A stretch of DNA of 64,000 bases from Hypanus sabinus (GCF_030144855.1 NC_082719.1:62682001-62746000), one strand, 5' to 3'. Numbered from the stretch's first letter, positions 13,501 through 26,131 are shown. Numbers and translations are program-made. The notes: a model not told the origin generated them from the letters alone.

Positions 13501-14386
13501 CTACAAAAAAAAAACAATGCCAAATTATTTTTGCACAATGATAAAAGTGACAGCAAACCAATTTACATTAAAACATACTTTACAGTAGTTATTATTTCAG
13601 CTTTAGGAAAAAAGTATTTTATTTAAAAGTTATATATTCCTCTCACAGCAAATAGGACAAATCAATTATAAAATGAAATTTGTAGAGACTGATCTACAAC
13701 ACCCAGAATGGAAAAGCAAAGGCTTTTCAACTGAGACAGCACTAATAAACAAATGGACAGGAAGTATTAACTGTTACAAAATTGGATGGAACTTTGCTTC
13801 ACATAAAAATGTGGCAAAAGATAAAGGGACAAATTTCAAATTTCAGACTGGTTAGAAAACTCTTCATAGTGATCACATAGATCTTCTCACAATCTACAAA
13901 TAGAAACACCTTGATAAGCCCACTACTTCTGCCTGTGCTTGTCCATAAAATTTATCGGTTTACTATTTTTTTCAACCACTCCACCCGCCCCCCCACCCCC
14001 CTGTCCACTCTCTTTCCACACAGCTACAATAACGGCAATCTTATTTAGGTTTTGCGAAATTCAGAATGGAGAGGGGAGTGGGTTAGCCATGCAAGACAAA
14101 TGAAATATCTTCAGAGAGAGGAGAATTTTTGGAACCCTCAAAATGCTTCAGTCACTGAGAATATTCATAGATTTTTGGATTTTAAGAGAAATGATGCTAA
14201 AATAAAAATCAGCTATGATCTTTTCAAATGGTGAAGCACATGCAAGGTACTAAAAGGACAATTCCACAATACTTGTTTTGGCTCTCTTTTAATTAGCATG
14301 TGGGGTGTAAATGATCCAGACAAAAAAAGAGAAATGTAAGTATAAACCTTAACAACAGACAGCATTCATAATTAAGGCAATCTTAC

Positions 14387-14486
14387 CCAAAGTTCTGAGG
14401 AAGAGTCAACATTTCACCCAACATAAAAGTCTCTGCTCCTTTAACTGTGGAAGGATCATCCTTCATTAATTGGCTAAAAAGATCCC
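14387..14486 (-). CDS. TRAPPC13: TRAPPC13 exon 3 ([33 protein letters not shown], 100 nt)
   Basis: cag acceptor, gtaag donor; contains the conserved LTLPQNFG motif. Confidence 0.96.
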
Positions 14487-15569
14487 CTGTTGCAAAAATT
14501 GGACCATTAGTAATAAATAGTTAGCTCTTCACTTATAAAGAGCTATAAAGAAAAACAAAATCACAACTTTAATATTCCTTATTGTTTAATGCATGTGTTT
14601 GATCACTGTTTGTTCAGTATTTACCAATGGGACCACTTTTGATTTTAACTTACTGGGTTGCATGGAATAACATTCTCTTTTCTACATAAGAATGTATTTC
14701 CCTGTGTAACCCACTACTCTACTATTTATAACCTTCGTACATGAAACAAAACTTGTTCCTGAATTAATATAAACATTAAGAATAAACTTATTGTCAATTT
14801 GTTTTAAAGCATCTGATGTTAACAATAGTACAATCAATAATTGACTGTCTACAGTAGACCAGTACCTATTTTATAGCATCCCTTCTTTCAAATATGGACA
14901 TAATGGGCCAAATTATGGCTCCTATGGTAAACAGAAATGCTGGCTAAATCTCAGAATGAATCAGTTTAGGAACATACATTTTTTAAACAATCTTCTGAGA
15001 ACAATTTTGTGCCACTAATTCTGGATAGCTTAAGCTTTGCACAGTTAGAAGGGACCAAGGATGGGGCTGTCCTTGCAGAGTATCAGTAGAGGTTTCAATC
15101 TTGATGAAGGGTCTAGCTGAAATATAGATTGTTTACTCTTTTCCATAGATGTTGCCTGGCCTGCTGAGTTCCTCCAGCATTTTTTGTGTGTGTTGCTTGG
15201 ATTTCCAGCATCTGCAGACTTTCTCATTTCAGCAGAGATTTAATTTTTTTCTGGATCTTCAAACTCAGGGGCATATGCAGTTAATTCACTTTATTATGAT
15301 GTCTCTGATCTGCATTATATACACTTCCAAGAGTAACATTCTCCTACAAGCAAGTGCATTCTAACTGCAATGATTATGTCAATATGCTATGGTTTGTCCA
15401 TAGCTGCTTCTTTCCCTACATAAACAGGAGTCTATTTCAGAAGGAAGCAATGGAGTTTAGTTGATAATTATCTTTATTATGAAGTTTGCTTCTAGGATTT
15501 CTATTACCATTTATTGCCAATGTCAAATAATCACAATCTCTAACTTCTTATATTAAAGATGGTTTATTA

Positions 15570-17144
15570 CAATGAAATAAAGCTTTGGGCACCCCTGTTC
15601 AAAATTTCTGTTACTGTGAATAGTTAAGTGAGTAGAAGATGAACTGATCTCCAAAAGTCATAAAGTTGAAGATAAAAAATTCTTTTCAACATTTTAAGCA
15701 AAATTAAGAGTATTATTTTTGTTTTGTACAATTTTAGAGTGAAAAAAGGAGCACCATGCAAAAGTTTGGGCACCCCAGGAGATTTGAGCTCTCAGATATC
15801 TTTTACCCAGGTCTCAGACCTTAATTAGCTTGTTAGGGCTATGGCTTGTTCACAGTCATCATTAGGAAAGGCCAGGTGATGCAAATTTCAAAGCTTTAGA
15901 AATACCCTGACTCCTCAAACCTTTTTCCAACAATCAGCAGCCATGGACTACTCTAAGCAGCTGCCTAGCGCTCTGAAAATTAAAATAAATGATGCCCACA
16001 AAGCAGGAGAAGGCTAAAAGAAGATAGCAAAGTGTTTTCACGTAGCTGTTTCCTCAGTTCGTAATGTAATTAAGAAATGGTAGCTAACAGGAATAGTGGA
16101 GGTCAAGTTGAGGTCTGGAAGACCAAGAAAACTTTCCGACAGAACTGCTTGTAGGATTGCTAGAAAGACAAATCAAACCCCCCGTTTGACTGCAAAAGAC
16201 CTTCAGGAAGATTTAGCAGACTCTGGAGCGGTGGTGCACTGTTCTACTGTGCAGCGACACACTGCACAAATATGACCTTCACAGAAGAATCATCAGAAGA
16301 AAACCTTTCCTGTATCCTCACTACAAAATTCAGCGTCAGAAGTTTGCAAAGGAACATCTAAACAAGCCTTTTGGAAACAAGTCCTGTGGACTGATGAAGC
16401 AATGAGTAAAGGTATGTTTGGGGAAAAAAAGGGTGCAGAATTTCATGAAAAGAACACCTCTCCAACTGTTAAGCACAGGGGTGGATCGATCATGCTTTGG
16501 GCTTGTGTTGCAACCAGTGGCACAGGGAACATTTCACTGGTAGAGGGAAGAATGAATTCAATACCAGCAAATTCTGGAAGCAAACATCACACCATCTGTA
16601 AAAAAGCTGAAGTTGAAAAGAGGATGGCTTCTACAAGATAATGATCCTAAACACACCTTAAAATCCACAATGAACTACCTTAAGAGGCACAAGCTGAAGG
16701 TTGTGCCATGGCCCTCACAGTCTCCCGACCTAAACATCATTGAAAATCTGTGGATGGACCTCAAAAGAGCAGTGCATGCAAGATGGCCCAAGAATCTCAA
16801 AGAATTAGAAGCCATTTGCAAGGAAGAATGGACGAAAATTCCCCAAACAAGCATTGAAAGACTCTTTGTTGGCTACAGAAAGCGCTTACAAGCTGTGATA
16901 CTTGCCAAAGTGGGTGTTACTTAGTAATGACCAGGCAGGGTGCCTAAACTTTTGTTTCGGGCCCTTTTTCTATTTTGTTATTTTGAAACTGTAAAAGATG
17001 GAAATAAAAAAGTAATCTTGCTTAAAATATTAAAGAAATGTGTATTCTTTATGCCTTTAGGAAATCAGGTCATCTTTTACTCACTTAGCTATCCACAATA
17101 ACAGAAATTTTGACCAGGGGTGCCCAAACTTTTGAATACAACTG
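15570..17144 (+). mobile_element. Tc1/mariner DNA transposon (IR/DR type, DD34E) with a pseudogenised transposase at 15943-16924
   Basis: TA flanks; long TIRs with TTTGGGCACCCC at outer and inner positions of both ends; GRPRK, WTDE, QDNDPKH and SPDLNIIENLW motifs with 34 residues between D and E; stops, a frameshift and internal deletions. Confidence 0.93.
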
Positions 17145-17673
17145 TACCCTGTAGCAAAAAAAAACATTACTGCACAGCTATCCCATACTAGAAAGCTGAT
17201 AAGAGTTTAGTACCTAAGAATGACTGTGCTCCAATACTAAAGTATAGAAGCAAGTTCCAGCACTTTAACTGCACACTTTTCCATACAGAAAGGTTCAAAA
17301 TGCTCCAAATAGAAAATATTACAAGCACTGCTTGGTATATTCTCAGTGTTATAGATACAAAATGTGATGTTGCATATTTTTTTTAAATCAGCATTTGCAC
17401 AAGGAGACTTTAATAACCTTGGAAATCGGAAACTCCAAGTCAATTTATTTAGGTTAGACTAGCAATGATCTTGATACTTGTTCTCAGAGGCAGTTGAATT
17501 TTGTGCACACAGAACACATGTATTTCATAGCATCTATCTCCAGAAACCTAGAGGTAATCTCTTACTAGACAACAGCTTACATTCAGATATACATGATGCC
17601 TATTGACGGCAAGTGTACATTCTTAAGCATATAAAGTGATACAGCACTATCACCACAAGTTAGTCTGACTTAC

Positions 17674-17742
17674 CTGGAAGATCTCTATCTTCGCATGTCA
17701 CTGGCAAGTTGGTAAACAATGTTGGTTTCGTTAATCTCATCA
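17674..17742 (-). CDS. TRAPPC13: TRAPPC13 exon 2 ([24 protein letters not shown], 69 nt)
   Basis: tag acceptor, gtaag donor, in phase with exon 1; peptide match. Confidence 0.96.
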
Positions 17743-18764
17743 CTATAATAAATGAGGAAAAATATTACAGAAAGCTAAAATACCTGTTAAAAAGAAATTA
17801 TAACTCATGAAATGCAAAGAGCAATTTATATTGACACAAAGAAAATTGCTCAAATTTAGCTGAGTAACAGAGGAAGCCACCCTTTCCATCACATCTGAGT
17901 CATGATTTGAAACCAAAATTAATTTACTAGAAACTTAAAAAGAGAAAATATTAAGAAATTGACTGCTGTGATATCAATCCAATGAGTAGCTACTAAAAGA
18001 CAGAAATTAAGAGTAAGCAGCTTGACTATTTCCTTCACAGTTTGGGAAATGAGTGACCGGGATTGATGACTAACAAGACATTACCTTGCACTGCTTAGTT
18101 TTGTTACAGAACATGATTTTTTTTTCTTAATTTACTGCATCACCCAAATATTGTCTGTCTTGCCACAGTTCATATGAACATTTTCTGGGAAATTTTATGT
18201 ACAATGCTCAGCTCCCTTTTCACTTTCATTAATATGTAGATCATCCCTAAAGTTAAATTCTCTACTTGCTCCTCACTACTAATCCTGGTTCAATGGATAG
18301 TGACAAAGATCACTCAGACAGTAGCGAGCAATTATCATCTGGAATATATTAAGGAACAAGAACTGATCGTTAAATTTCCTATTTTGCATACATTAGCTTG
18401 GATACATGGGCAAAATTGGTCAAATAACCGATCTATTTGATGTAGAATCTAAATCTCTTATTTATTGAAATTAATAATGAAAGTAATTTAAAACTTAATT
18501 AAGAATGAAAGTAAATCTGCCAATATTGTTCAATCAAGAGTCATTATTGCAGAACTTAAGGGCAGCTTTGGTGTTTGGAGGAAAGTACGCGATGGTTGAA
18601 GGTGATGGTGGAGAAGACAGGGCCATGGTTTCATATTGCAGCACAAAATAAGGAAGACAAGGTTTTGCATGAGAGCTACGCACTTAAACCTGTAAAGCCA
18701 AATTGTGTAAATTTGAATAGGCTTGTTATAATTTTCAAATCATTTTCATTATGACTCATTGTGA

Positions 18765-19378
18765 TAAAGGCAAATGCAATGCTAACATTAACTTCAAGAG
18801 GACTACATCATAAAAACAAGAATGTAGTGTTGAGTCTTTAGAAAGCACTGGTGGGATCTCACTTAGAGTATTCTGAGCTGTTTTGGGCCCAATCTTAGAA
18901 AGGATGTGCAGAAACTGGAGAGGGTTCAAAGGAGGTTCACAAAAATTGTAACAGGATTAAATGGATTGTCATATGAAGAGTGTTTGATGGCTCTGGGCCT
19001 GGTATTCAGAAGAATGAGGCCTGACTTAATTGAAACATATCAAATGTTAAAAGGCCTCAATAGAAAGGATGTGGAGAGGATATTTCCTATGGTGGGAGAG
19101 TCTAGGACTAGAGGACACAACCTCAAAATAGATAGGTGTCCTTTTAGAATGGAGATGATGAGATATTTCTTTAGCCAGAGTGGTGGCTAAAGAAATCTGT
19201 GGAATTCACTTGGCTGTGGAGGCCAAGTCTTTAAAGGTATTTAAGATAGAGGTTGATCGATTGTTGATTGGTCAGGACATGAAGAACGCAAGAGGTTGGG
19301 GCCGAGGGGAAAAATGGATGATGAAGCAGACTCAAAAGGTGAAATGGCCTAATTCTACTCCTATATCTTATAGTCTAA
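18765..19378 (+). mobile_element. Degraded CR1 3' fragment
   Basis: LERVQRRFT...DLIETY...SRTRGH in ORF 18906..19190. Confidence 0.85.
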
Positions 19379-19871
19379 TAAAACATTTTTTAAAACCATG
19401 GCAGGATGCACTGAGGTGTTCCTAGATGAAAAGGAGAAAATTTCATTGCCCTTCTCCATGGTCATTTTTATACATAATTCAACTCTAAAAAAGAACAAAT
19501 AATTTTCCCATTAACAAATGCATAAGGCCTGTTGTTTTGCTGTGTGCAAATACTCAAAATGCAACTTCTTTTAGTCCTAATACATAATCCTAATAACAAA
19601 TGCTCTCATTTATCTCAAGGATGCAAAGTGGACTCAAAATTGTAAATCATATACTATAAAGCATTGATAAGTAACACAATATACAGTAGATTCCAGAAAT
19701 AATGTGGAGATTGAAAACACATTTGAAATTTAACAATGAATATTAAACTGATATGAAAAATAGTGACAAATGTGATATATTTTTTTAAAATATTTATTTT
19801 CATTGTATTGGCAAGTACCAAGCTTTTATTCATGTCATTTTCTTAGCGGCAGAAGAGTTGGATGGGTTTAT

Positions 19872-20455
19872 TCAATAGACAATAGGTGCAGAAGTAGACC
19901 ATTCGGCCCTTCGAGGTGCACCGCCATTTTGAGATCATGGCTGATCAACTACTATCAATACCCGGTTCCTGCCTTGTCCCCATATCCCTTGATTCCCCTA
20001 TCCATAAGGTACCTACCTAGCTCCTTCTCGAAAGCATCCAGAGAATTAGCCTCCACTACCCTCCAAGGCAGTGCATTCCAGACCCCCACAACTCTCTGGG
20101 AGAAGAAGTTTCTCCTTAACTCTGACCTAAATGACCTACCCCTTATTCTCAAACCATGCCCTCTGGTACTGGACTCTCCCAGCATCTGGAACATATTTCC
20201 TGCCTCTATCTTGTCCAATCCCTTAATAATCTTACATGTTTCAATCAGATCCCCTATCAATCTCCTTAATTCCAGCGTGTACAAGCCTAGTCTCTCTAAC
20301 CTCTCTGCGTAAGACAGTCCAGACATCCCAGAAATTAACCTCGTGAATCTACGCTGCACTTCCTCTACAGCCAGGATGTCCTTCCTTAACCCTGGAGACC
20401 AAAACTGTACACTATACTCCAGGTGTGGTCTCACCAGGGCTCTGTACAAATGCAA
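19872..20455 (-). mobile_element. 5'-truncated CR1 copy of the same subfamily as 7246-9944
   Basis: ORF 19955..20455 is nearly identical to the C-terminus of the 673-aa ORF; same 3' UTR and tail. Confidence 0.95.
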
Positions 20456-21655
20456 GATTCAGCTTTACAGTCTCAATTCATTTCTAACAATTATGCCCCT
20501 TCCTTCTCAATTGAAAGTGTTGTACTAAGAAATGAAATACATTGCTGGCCTAATACATTTTTCATTAAGACATAGCACCAGAATTCGCTTCTAGCATAAG
20601 GGCAAACTGTTTCTTTGGCTATCTCAGATTCATATTAAACTTGCCAAGTTGATAGGGCAATCAATTTTTAGCTAAAAATAGCCACAGATTCCATTAGATT
20701 ATAGCCTGGTCCACAAAGGACAGAGTTAAAATAATCTGTTATTTTCTGATCAAAATTCTTTTCCTTCAATCCCGTTTTTGTAATTCCTTAATGATAACAC
20801 TACATAAAATAGAATCTTCACTGCTGTAGCTCCTGATTGTAATGTCAGCATCACAATTGGAATATTTTCCATTGATGAGGTGAAGACAATATACACTTAC
20901 TCAGATTGTTTGCAATATCTCTTACTTCCACTGTGCCACATCTTTTCTCTTATGCTGGAATGTTAACACAGCATCAGCAAGGCTATTGTCATCCAAATAC
21001 TCCCAACTGATCAAAAGTGAGCGTACACAAATATCAACAATCAAATCAATTATGGAGACCGACTATAATCAAGCTTGATCTTGTTCTCAAACTAACACTC
21101 TCCCAGCAAAGATCAGAAGATAAACAATCAGAGGACAAAAGCTTTTGCCTTTTCTTCCTCAGTTCTGCTCCGAGGATAAAGCCAACTGTGGCACTATGAC
21201 CACCATACCGATTCAAACGTCCAACTTCACATTACTAACAAAGTCTAACCGTCCATTCCTGAGAATCACAGCTTTATACTGACAATATAACTTAATGCAG
21301 AGCCTCAATAAAACACATACATAAAATACAATCACTAATAAGCATACTTCTCTTCTAAAAATGTTGAAGTTTTATAAAATAGCTAATTGTACTTAAAATC
21401 AACTAGCCTCACAGAATTCTGCAAAACAGGAAAAAGGCCCCCTTAATAAACAGAGAAAAAGAATTATATAACTCTTGGCATGACAGAACAACCTTGGCCA
21501 CTTAAAGCCAATTAAGTATCTTAAACTGTAATGGTGCAAGAAATAGTGGTCAATGTGCACAGAGCACAATCCAAATTGCAATTTGCTAATCACCTGTTAT
21601 CTGGTTTTGGTGATGTTGCTTGAGGATTCAATATTGCTATAGTACTGGACAAAAT

Positions 21656-21661
21656 TTTATT
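21656..21661 (-). terminator. Candidate SHLD3 polyadenylation signal AATAAA
   Basis: First canonical AATAAA I found on the minus strand after the SHLD3 stop, about 360 nt downstream. Confidence 0.4.
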
Positions 21662-22021
21662 ATTTGTCATTCTGTAGTGCTTCAGAATATTTTACATTAA
21701 TTGAATAGTTTAATATCTTAGAAGATAAAATCACTCCAATCACAATAAAATTTCCCTTACTACTGCTCTTGGGCCAATCACTGGAATGTGATTTGAGCAA
21801 CTGTTTTCTCTGAGGATAGAGGAGCACACCTGGCACCCAAAATAATGATCTCTCCAAAATTAAGACAGTTTGATTATTTAATCAGCATTACATGCAAATT
21901 CATATTTACAGTATTACATACGAATTTACAGCATTATATGCAAGTTTAGGTTTAAAGCCCACAGACAGTATTGTGGAATTCATATATATCAAATGCAGTT
22001 TGCTTTTAAAATAACATTTAA

Positions 22022-22756
22022 CTATAACCTATAAATAATACCATGTCTATGTACAAGTAAACTGATTTTTCCCGTAAGATTTAATACTTGTTTAATCAGA
22101 TTACCAACATATTCACAGCACAGAAAGTCACAGAAAGTCCATATTTGACAATGATGTACATGTATTTTAGCATTGCAGCCAGGAAGCTGACCATATTTAA
22201 TAACACTGCTCAGTTTTACCCAGACTTCCTCGAGTTTCTGGGAACCACAATTGGATTGACCAATGACCCATTTTACCCTTTGAAAAGTGTGCAACTGGTA
22301 CTTTTCCTTGATTATCTGAAAGTTTTGACTGATTGTAGAATTATTCTTTTTCCATTGTCTGCTGTGTGTTGCAATACTCCAGGACCTGTATTCATGAGTT
22401 GTAATTCCACATTGCAAACCAATTCCTGAAAAAAATTCCACTGCAGCCAACTCAATCACAGGACTTTCCCTTTGCAAATTTGTGGAAAACTCCAGAAGAC
22501 TATCCATACAATCATAATTTTGAGCTTCTGCTATGAATTCTCTCTCAACCAAACATTTATCATTTAACTTTGCCTCTTCTTTTGAAACAATTGGTGGACA
22601 TTTTTGAGGCTTCAATGGTAAACTTTGTAAATTGTTTGGAAACCACGGTGTGAATCTTGGTAATGGTCTCTGAGGGAAGTCTTCCAGCAATCTTTCTGCA
22701 ATCTGTGACAGTTCTGAGCAGTCTTGATTAGTTCGATAATGTAATACTAACTCCAT
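22022..22756 (-). CDS. SHLD3: Shieldin complex subunit 3 (RINN1), 244 aa, single coding exon nested in TRAPPC13 intron 1
   Basis: Uninterrupted ORF from ATG 22756: MELVLHYR...DFPQRPLPRFTPWFP...LPLKPQKCPP resembles the recalled human EVILHYR...DFPTRPLSRFIPWFP...LPLRPKRSPP (FxPWFP and REV7-binding motifs); same nested position as in mammals. Confidence 0.95.
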   Translation of the reverse strand: MELVLHYRTNQDCSELSQIAERLLEDFPQRPLPRFTPWFPNNLQSLPLKPQKCPPIVSKEEAKLNDKCLVEREFIAEAQNYDCMDSLLEFSTNLQRESPVIELAAVEFFSGIGLQCGITTHEYRSWSIATHSRQWKKNNSTISQNFQIIKEKYQLHTFQRVKWVIGQSNCGSQKLEEVWVKLSSVIKYGQLPGCNAKIHVHHCQIWTFCDFLCCEYVGNLIKQVLNLTGKISLLVHRHGIIYRL

Positions 22757-24469
22757 ATTAATGACGACTCTGGGTGCCAACTAAGTTTCCCATGTTGAAT
22801 TTTCATCCTGTGAAGATTTTTCTCCTTGTGTTTCCATAACATTAAAATCACAGCACAATTCCTTCATATATCTAACACAGGTTAGAAGATAAAGGTGCTT
22901 CATGCGGAAGTATAAAATTGAGATGCATCAGTCAATCCCCTTCAGGAAGCGCTACCCTGCAGAAATAAAGGTCTTTGAATCTTGTCAGCAAAGTTTAAAC
23001 TAAAACCAACAAATTTCAAAATATTCTTCAAAAAAAATGGCACATTTTGGCTCACACACAATCATGATCTCATGCTAAATGCTTGCAAATTCTAGACTTC
23101 TGGATCTTTGTAACTAGACACTGATCGTGTACAATATTATTTAATATATTTTTGTAGGAAGGTAGAAGGCAAAACGATCAACTGTCCAATCATCCCACTG
23201 CTGCATTGTCAGCAGAACAAGCATGACTAGATTTTTAAAGTAATTCATTGGTTTAAAATACTTCTAAATTTTGTTGTGAATAAATATTAGAACAATATGC
23301 TATGCATCAATCTGTCATTAATTTAAAAAAATACTGCTATTTGTAGATGCAGATTCGTGGTTCAATGTTGCCACTTGTACTGAGTAAAAAAAAGTGACGC
23401 TAAAAGGAAAGAACTCCATATCCACAAGCCTTTACTCATTCTCACCATGGCTCTCAGTGCAACAAATAGTCAACAAAGAGTCAAGGCTAAAAACTGTTCA
23501 TGGTAAGGAAGTAAATATTCTAACCTTTCCAAGTACTTGAACAGGGAATTTGGGAGGACAAGGACAGCATTATAGAAAACATTTTACTAGAGAAAAAGAG
23601 AATAGCAGCATTAACTTTTAATGGTTAGCAATAAAAATGTTAAATTACACTGGGATCATCCACAGAACCGATGGCAGTAATGAAGTGACAATTTGTACTA
23701 TTTGAAGATTAGAGATGCAGAGAGTAAAAGAGAAGTTCTTTTATTTTTCATAATGAGGGTCATAGTAGCACAGTCAACTTACTCAATTTCCTGTATAGAT
23801 TAAAGATTGATTTCTGGGGAAATATGTTGTAAAACTGAGAGGCCAGGCCCTATTAGCAATGAGTAAAAAAAAGTTACTAATCCCACAATAAGAGAATTTA
23901 TGGTAAATTTGAGTTTAAAGAGAGAGGGAAAAAAGGAAGATTTTATAAGCATTGGTTATAACTATTTTCAAACATAAGAAAACAAACATGACTCTGAACT
24001 AATTATAACTGCAAATGAAAGATAGACTGCTTGCAAAAGTAATTTAGGATGATTACATACTTCAAAAAGGGGAAAGATGCTCAGACTAACTAAAAACCAT
24101 AGCCAAAAAATTTGAAATAAAACTAAAGGCTATTTACAAAATCAGGGGACTATGAGATCAATGGAATAACAAACCTATTAACACTTGCAAACAAAACTAT
24201 GCAAAATGAAATTTGTAGTGGTTAACAAGAATAACAAAAAAAGTTGACAAATTTCTTTCAGAAAGAAGATATTGCGGGCCCAGTGGTCTTGTTGCAAGTG
24301 AAGCAAGGGAGTGGGAGACTTGGTAAATAATCACTCTAATGAATAATAAACTTCATTTTCTATAAATTCTGAATGATGCATCAACAAATGCAGCTAAAAT
24401 ATACAAGAATATTAGAAAAATGGGTTTAATACCTCTAACAGTATTACTAAGGGTAACCAACAATACCTC

Positions 24470-25545
24470 TGCTATGATTTTTCTCAACACTAGTGCCCCA
24501 CAACATTGCATCCCCAGCTCCCTAATCTGCTCCCTATACACTGAAGACTGTGTGGCTAGATTCTGCACTAACTCCAAGTAAACAAGTTTGCAGATACCAA
24601 CATTGTGGGCTGTATCTCAAATAACAATGAATTGGAATACAAGTAGTAAATAAAGCTCTATAACATGGTTATCAAGAAAACAATCTTTCCCTCAATATTA
24701 ACAAAGGAGATGATCATTGACTTCAGGAAAAGCATCTGTGCACATGCTCCTGTTTACATCAATGATACAAAGATTGAAAGAGTTGAGAGCTTCAAATTGG
24801 TAGGAGTGAACATCCCAATAGCCCATCCTGGTCCAGCCACATAGATGCACAGCCCCATTATAGGAAAGATGTGGTGGGAGTGTGGAATGAGCTGTCAGAT
24901 GAAGTGGTAAATGCGGGCTCACTTTTAACATTTAAGAAAAACTTGGACAGGTACATGGACGAGAGGTGTATGGAGGGTATATGCAGGTCAGTGGGACGAA
25001 GCAGAAAAATGGCTTGGCACAGCCAAGAAGGGCCAAAAGGCCTGTTTCTGTGCTGTAATGTTCTATGGTTCTATGTTATTAAATTATAATAAGTACATAA
25101 AATATTTATGAAGGTGTTGCCTGGACTTTACAAGTCCCAGTTAAAAGGGCAGGTTGCATTGACTAAGATTTTATTCCTTGGAACATAGGAGATTGAAGGT
25201 TGACCTAGTGGAAGTTTCCACGCTCACATTTGACATTGACAGGATGGAAATGCATAGGCTTATTTCCCAGGAAGTGGTGCAAAAACAAGAGGGCACAGAT
25301 TTAAGATCAAAAGGGCATCAGGGTCAGATTCTTCACACAAATGTTGATGCCCATTTGGAATGAGCTGCCAGAAATAGTGACTGAAGTACACACACTAGCA
25401 ACATTTGAAAACCATCTAGTTAAGTACATAGATAAGAGGGGTTTGAAGAACAGTGGGCCAAATGGAGGCAGATAGGATTCGTTAACCAGGCACTCAATCA
25501 GCACGAACAAATTGAGCCAAACAGCCCGTCTGAATGACGTACGAT
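24470..25545 (+). mobile_element. Cluster of a Rex1-like fragment and two CR1 3' ends
   Basis: KFAD-like and MIIDFRK segments; CR1 tail TTCTATGGTTCTATG near 25075; second CR1 3' end at 25100-25535. Confidence 0.7.
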
Positions 25546-26074
25546 TTAATGAATAATCAGAACTTTCAATACAGTACAGTGTAGCTAAATCGTAACCATC
25601 AACAGAAACAAAGTTTACCGGCAGGATCCTTCGCCAGAGTGAATTTCCCTTACCAAACAAATCACCTGATTTCCCTATCCACGTGAATTAGGTTAGTAAA
25701 CGTCCACGGGTCTGGATGGATGTTTATTCGGATTGAAGGGCAAAGGTCGTTGACGCATCTTATTTCAGATTTAATACATAGTACAATTGACAGGAACTCG
25801 GCACTTAAACGGAAGTTAGGAAGAACTTGAACACTGGCAAGAAAATTAATTGAACCACCCGTTTTCTGCCTTGAGCCAGTCATAAGAAATGTGCGCGGGG
25901 TTTACCTGCGAACATGTCTGGTTGCTGTGCTCCCATCCCCAGGTCGGCCCGGGAAACAGATCCCAACCCCGGATACCGGCTGATTAGAAATCACAGTAAA
26001 GATTGGTTCGGCAAAGCTACTGAATGGCCGATACTAAGCTCGCCTGGCTCGCTTGGCCGCTGCTTGAACACCCT

Positions 26075-26131
26075 GCCCCAGCCCCAGCCCCAGCCCCAGG
26101 CTCCTGCCGTTATTTTCATCGCCCCAGCCCC
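26075..26131 (-). repeat. (TGGGGC)n G-run repeat just downstream of the TRAPPC13 exon 1 donor
   Basis: Four tandem GCCCCA units at 26075-26098 and two further CCCC runs at 26122-26131. Confidence 0.9.

Noticed and set aside
22757-22780. ORF-track start of SHLD3 at 22780 (MAPRVVIN extension)
   Set aside because: That codon is TTG; homology starts at the ATG at 22756.
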